The notes beneath the pieces are model-generated. The model had not been told where the DNA came from. It made no database searches and saw only the letters and a program-made list of their open reading frames with translations. The translations under genes and the position numbers were made by a program. DNA of 32,000 bases from Dickeya dadantii NCPPB 898 (GTDB taxonomy: Bacteria; Pseudomonadota; Gammaproteobacteria; Enterobacterales; Enterobacteriaceae): the NCBI RefSeq assembly GCF_000406145.1, contig NZ_CM001976.1, positions 2,203,543 to 2,235,542 on the forward strand, given 5' to 3'. Positions 28,820-32,000 of the stretch are shown here, piece after piece; position 1 is the stretch's first letter, and every line of letters begins with the position of its first letter.

Positions 28820-29563
28820 ATGGCAGGTCATAGTAAGTGGGCCAACACTAAGCATCGCAAAGCAGCACAGGACGCCAAACGCGGCAAGATTTTTACCAAG
28901 ATTATCCGCGAACTGGTTACCGCGGCCCGTTTGGGCGGCGGCGATCCCGGCTCCAACCCCCGCCTGCGTGCTGCCATCGATAAAGCGCTGTCCAACAACA
29001 TGACGCGCGATACCCTGAACCGGGCGATTGCGCGCGGCGTGGGCGGCGATGACGACGCCAATATGGAAACCATCATTTATGAAGGTTACGGCCCGGGCGG
29101 CACCGCAGTGATGGTGGAGTGTCTGAGCGACAACCGTAACCGCACCGTGTCCGAAGTTCGTCATGCCTTTACCAAATGCGGCGGCAACCTGGGAACCGAC
29201 GGTTCCGTATCCTACCTGTTCACTAAAAAAGGCGTGATTTCCTATGCGCCGGGTCTGGATGAAGATACGGTGATGGATGCGGCGCTGGAAGCCGGCGCAG
29301 ACGACGTGGTGTCTTATGACGATGGCGCGATCGACGTATTCACGCCGTGGGAAAGCTTCGGTCAGGTAAAAGACGCACTGGACGCCGCTGGTCTGGTGGC
29401 CGAGTCGGCCGAAGTGTCGATGATTCCGTCCACCAAAGCGGACATGGACGCGGACACCGCACCGAAGCTGATGCGTCTTATCGACATGTTGGAAGACTGC
29501 GACGACGTGCAGGAGGTTTACCATAACGGTGAGATCTCCGACGAGGTAGCGGCACTGTTGTAA
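28820..29563 (+). CDS. yebC: YebC/PmpR-family DNA-binding regulator
   Basis: [31 protein letters not shown]... is the canonical YebC N-terminus. Length is 247 aa. Confidence 0.95.
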   Translation: MAGHSKWANTKHRKAAQDAKRGKIFTKIIRELVTAARLGGGDPGSNPRLRAAIDKALSNNMTRDTLNRAIARGVGGDDDANMETIIYEGYGPGGTAVMVECLSDNRNRTVSEVRHAFTKCGGNLGTDGSVSYLFTKKGVISYAPGLDEDTVMDAALEAGADDVVSYDDGAIDVFTPWESFGQVKDALDAAGLVAESAEVSMIPSTKADMDADTAPKLMRLIDMLEDCDDVQEVYHNGEISDEVAALL

Positions 29564-29603
29564 TGGCTGTTTTCCTTGCTCAGCAGGAAACCGGGGGGAA
29601 ACG

Positions 29604-30125
29604 ATGAGTATTATTCTCGGCATCGACCCCGGTTCCCGCGTCACCGGTTACGGCATCGTCCGTCAGCAAGGCCGGCAGATCAGCTATTTGGGCAGCGGGT
29701 GTATCCGCACCGCGGTGGATGATCTGCCTACGCGTCTCAAGCTGATTTATGCCGGCGTCAGTGAAATCATTACCCAGTTTCAACCCGACTATTTCGCTAT
29801 CGAGCAGGTTTTTATGGCTCGCAATGCCGACTCGGCGTTGAAGCTGGGGCAGGCGCGCGGCGCAGCGATAGTCGCGGCGGTAAACCAGTCGTTGCCGGTG
29901 TTTGAATACGCCGCACGGCAGGTGAAACAAACGGTGGTCGGCACCGGCGCAGCAGAAAAAAGCCAGGTGCAACACATGGTGAAAACACTGCTCAAACTGC
30001 CCGCCAGCCCGCAGGCCGACGCCGCCGACGCACTGGCGATTGCCATTACGCACTGCCATTTCAGCCAGAATTTCTCGCGTATCAGCGATGACAAACTGAC
30101 GCTGGCGCGCGGGCGTATTCGCTGA
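29604..30125 (+). CDS. ruvC: Holliday junction resolvase RuvC
   Basis: [19 protein letters not shown]... through ...[15 protein letters not shown] contains the catalytic Asp/Glu residues. Length is 173 aa. Confidence 0.95.
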   Translation: MSIILGIDPGSRVTGYGIVRQQGRQISYLGSGCIRTAVDDLPTRLKLIYAGVSEIITQFQPDYFAIEQVFMARNADSALKLGQARGAAIVAAVNQSLPVFEYAARQVKQTVVGTGAAEKSQVQHMVKTLLKLPASPQADAADALAIAITHCHFSQNFSRISDDKLTLARGRIR

Positions 30126-30340
30126 CTGCTTGATATCCGTTGCATGACGTGATCGTTTAATTCCGGGCGGCTTGACCAAAACCTGTCGTCAGATCGCCGC
30201 CCGATTCATCCTCTCGCTTTTCCTGAGCTACTCCTTTTCTGATGTGCATTGTTTGCTAATTCTGATTCTGGTGCTGTGGGAGATTTAGGCCTCTCAGCTG
30301 TGCAACCGTTTCCTGTTTTGATCTGGGATAACGCAGCGCC

Positions 30341-30367
30341 GTATGAACAATTCATAAAATCTCATAC
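30341..30367. promoter_or_regulatory. NikR-type operator palindrome GTATGA-N15-TCATAC
   Basis: Both half-sites are perfect: GTATGA at 30341-30346 and TCATAC at 30362-30367. The spacer ACAATTCATAAAATC resembles the recalled E. coli nikA operator GTATGA-CGAATACTTAAAATCG-TCATAC, which has N16. The site lies 52 bp upstream of the NiCoT start and overlaps candidate -10 elements (TATGAA / TAAAAT). Confidence 0.6.
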
Positions 30368-30418
30368 TCGCAATTTACCCGACGGTGATAGTCCGCCGGA
30401 CTGATACAGAGGTATTGC

Positions 30419-31450
30419 ATGTTGTCGATTTTATTCAGGAACAATCCACGTGCGGTGGCGATAGTGGGCTGTTTGGTCATGTTTAATATATTGGTGTGGC
30501 TGCTGGCATGGGGATTATTCCATGGACATGCCGCTCTGATGGCCACCAGTCTGCTGGCCTGGTGTTACGGCCTGCGCCATGCGGTGGATGCGGATCATAT
30601 CGCCGCTATCGACAATGTCACCCGCAAAATGATGCAGGAGGGAAAGACGCCATTGGGGGTGGGTGCCTGGTTTTCGCTAGGGCATTCTTCCATTGTGATT
30701 TTAGCGTCGCTGGCGCTGGCCGCAACGGCTGCCGCATTGCAGGATGATATGGCGTGGTTTCATGAAGTCGGCGGCGTTATCGGCACATCGGTTTCCGCTG
30801 GGTTTCTGTTGCTGATGGCGCTGGTGAATCTGGTGATTCTGCGTGGTGTCTGGGTTCGTTTCCAACAGTTCAAGCAGGGAAGGCTGGAAGCGCTCAGACA
30901 GACTGATGCTGTGCCGGCCGCTGGTGTGATGGGGTGGATATTTCGCGCCACGTTTCGGCTGGTGAACAAAAGCTGGCATATGTATCTGGTTGGCCTGCTG
31001 TTTGGTCTGGGGTTTGATACCGCCACTGAAATCGGCGTATTAGGCATCTCCGCCGCGGGCGCTTCGCAGGGCATGTCGATGTGGTCGATCATGATTTTTC
31101 CGGCGCTGTTCACCTGTGGTATGGCATTGGTGGACACACTGGATAATGTGCTGATGGTCGGGGCCTACGGCTGGGCGTTTCGTAAACCTCAGCGCAAGCT
31201 CTACTACAACCTGACTATTACCGCGACGTCGGTAGTGGTGGCGGTGTTCATCGGTGGTATGGAGGCGCTCGGATTGCTGGCGGATAAACTGGATCTGCAT
31301 ACCGGATGGTGGGGTATGGTTGGCGCGTTCAACGAGCAACTCGGCAATGCCGGATTTTATGTCGTGACGCTGTTTGTCGCCTGCTGGGTGATCTCATTGT
31401 GTAACTATCGCTGGAAAAATTACGATGCGTTGAATAGCCCGATAGCGTAG
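30419..31450 (+). CDS. Nickel/cobalt permease, NiCoT (HoxN/HupN/NixA) family
   Basis: Signature motifs are RHAVDADHIAAIDNVTRKMM (HX4DH in TM2) and WFSLGHSSIV, followed by LFGLGFDTATE. The protein is polytopic and 343 aa long. Confidence 0.9.
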   Translation: MLSILFRNNPRAVAIVGCLVMFNILVWLLAWGLFHGHAALMATSLLAWCYGLRHAVDADHIAAIDNVTRKMMQEGKTPLGVGAWFSLGHSSIVILASLALAATAAALQDDMAWFHEVGGVIGTSVSAGFLLLMALVNLVILRGVWVRFQQFKQGRLEALRQTDAVPAAGVMGWIFRATFRLVNKSWHMYLVGLLFGLGFDTATEIGVLGISAAGASQGMSMWSIMIFPALFTCGMALVDTLDNVLMVGAYGWAFRKPQRKLYYNLTITATSVVVAVFIGGMEALGLLADKLDLHTGWWGMVGAFNEQLGNAGFYVVTLFVACWVISLCNYRWKNYDALNSPIA

Positions 31451-31458
31451 CCGCATTT

Positions 31459-31504
31459 CCCGGCCGGTTTCTCTGATGAGCCGGGAGACGGCCGGCATTT
31501 TTTC
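31459..31504 (+). terminator. Rho-independent terminator downstream of the NiCoT gene
   Basis: CCGGCCG...CGGCCGG with an extended bulged lower stem, followed by caTTTTTTcT. Confidence 0.7.
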
Positions 31505-31563
31505 TCCGGCGTTTCACGGCTTTCATGCCGGCGCCGGAGAGGGATTCCCGCTCTGCCTTATAT

Positions 31564-31579
31564 CTGGATATGCATCCAG
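31564..31579. promoter_or_regulatory. LexA (SOS) box upstream of ruvA: CTGGATATGCATCCAG
   Basis: It fits CTG-N10-CAG and is nearly identical to the recalled E. coli ruvAB SOS box CTGGATATCTATCCAG. It lies 80 bp upstream of the ruvA start. Confidence 0.8.
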
Positions 31580-31658
31580 CTTTTCTGTATCCGCCTTCTT
31601 TTTTTGTGTTATAAGCTATACGCCACGTTTACGTCAGCCAGATTAAGGAAAACATCAC

Positions 31659-32000
31659 GTGATAGGTCGTCTCAGAGGCATCGTACTGGAAAAACAGCCG
31701 CCACTGGTTCTGATTGAAGCCAGCGGCGTCGGATATGAAGTTCATATGCCGATGACCTGCTTTTACGAGTTGCCGGATCTCGGCCAGGAAGCGGTGATTT
31801 TTACCCACTTTGTAGTGCGTGAAGATGCTCAATTACTGTTTGGCTTCAACAACAAACAAGAGCGTTCGCTGTTCCGTGAACTGATCAAAGTGAACGGCGT
31901 GGGGCCGAAACTGGCGTTGGCGATTTTGTCCGGCATGTCGGCCCAGCAGTTCGTCAGCGCGGTGGAGCGTCAGGAAATCAACGCGCTGGTAAAATTACCG
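31659..32000 (+). CDS. ruvA: Holliday junction helicase subunit RuvA (3' end lies outside the window; GTG start)
   Basis: This gene is not in the ORF track. GTG 31659 is preceded by TAAGGA (31644-31649). The translation [98 protein letters not shown]... is collinear with E. coli RuvA, and the frame stays open to base 32000. Confidence 0.93.
   Translation, partial: MIGRLRGIVLEKQPPLVLIEASGVGYEVHMPMTCFYELPDLGQEAVIFTHFVVREDAQLLFGFNNKQERSLFRELIKVNGVGPKLALAILSGMSAQQFVSAVERQEINALVKLP

Noticed and set aside
28706-29644. 312-aa minus-strand ORF
   Set aside because: It is antisense to yebC, whose own sequence is unmistakable. A similar 199-aa ORF at 29580-30179 is antisense to ruvC. Both are composition artefacts.
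30164-30203. CGGGCGGC-24 nt-GCCGCCCG hairpin after ruvC, considered as a terminator
   Set aside because: It has a large loop and no following T-run. It may form a structure, but I cannot support a terminator call.
30126-30418. Cobalamin or NiCo riboswitch in the NiCoT leader
   Set aside because: I could not find a B12-box-like GCCACTG core or the conserved NiCo junction sequences. The clear NikR-type palindrome is a better explanation. I cannot run a covariance-model search here.
31580-31600. Second LexA half-site-like CTGTAT just downstream of the SOS box
   Set aside because: CTGTATCCGCCTTCTT lacks the distal CAG, so it is not a complete CTG-N10-CAG box.

Overview
The window comes from a visibly GC-rich Enterobacterales chromosome. 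Protein sequences and gene order match three E. coli neighbourhoods: ycdX-ycdY / yceB-grxB-mdtH-rimJ-yceH-mviM-murJ, argS-yecM-cutC-cmoBA-yecN-yecE-aspS, and nudB-yebC-ruvC-ruvA. I did everything by eye: no database search, no HMMs, no folding software. Hairpin and motif coordinates are hand-indexed and may be off by about 2 nt.

I call 34 CDS, including a 5'-truncated cueO and a 3'-truncated ruvA that has a GTG start and is missing from the ORF track. One of these is a low-confidence small ORF. There is one tRNA-Ser(GGA) with its promoter and terminator, several rho-independent terminators, a LexA box upstream of ruvA, and a NikR-type palindrome upstream of a NiCoT nickel/cobalt permease.

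Bases 1-9500 are accessory-like: cueO, an HxlR/OYE pair, a NUDIX hydrolase, a secreted RNase T2, nudK, a DeoR regulator, a LysR/nitrilase pair and an AT-rich GIY-YIG-like orphan. The rest is conserved housekeeping. Most long ORFs on the opposite strand of recognised genes are GC-driven antisense artefacts.

I found no integrase, transposase, CRISPR array, or recognisable multi-gene defence or toxin system. The best candidates for undescribed biology are:
- the tRNA-Ser-proximal locus: a low-GC GIY-YIG-like orphan plus a 172-bp-period tRNA-linked repeat enclosing a hairpin-dense GC-rich segment with a degenerate tRNA 3' end;
- iteron-like tandem repeats at 2961-3046;
- a 0.68-kb AT-rich gap containing a periodic purine motif and a coding-like GC island;
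- small orphan ORFs at two points where synteny with E. coli breaks;
- the murJ|argS junction, where the flagellar regions that flank these genes in E. coli are absent.

All of these are hypotheses that need database or experimental checks.
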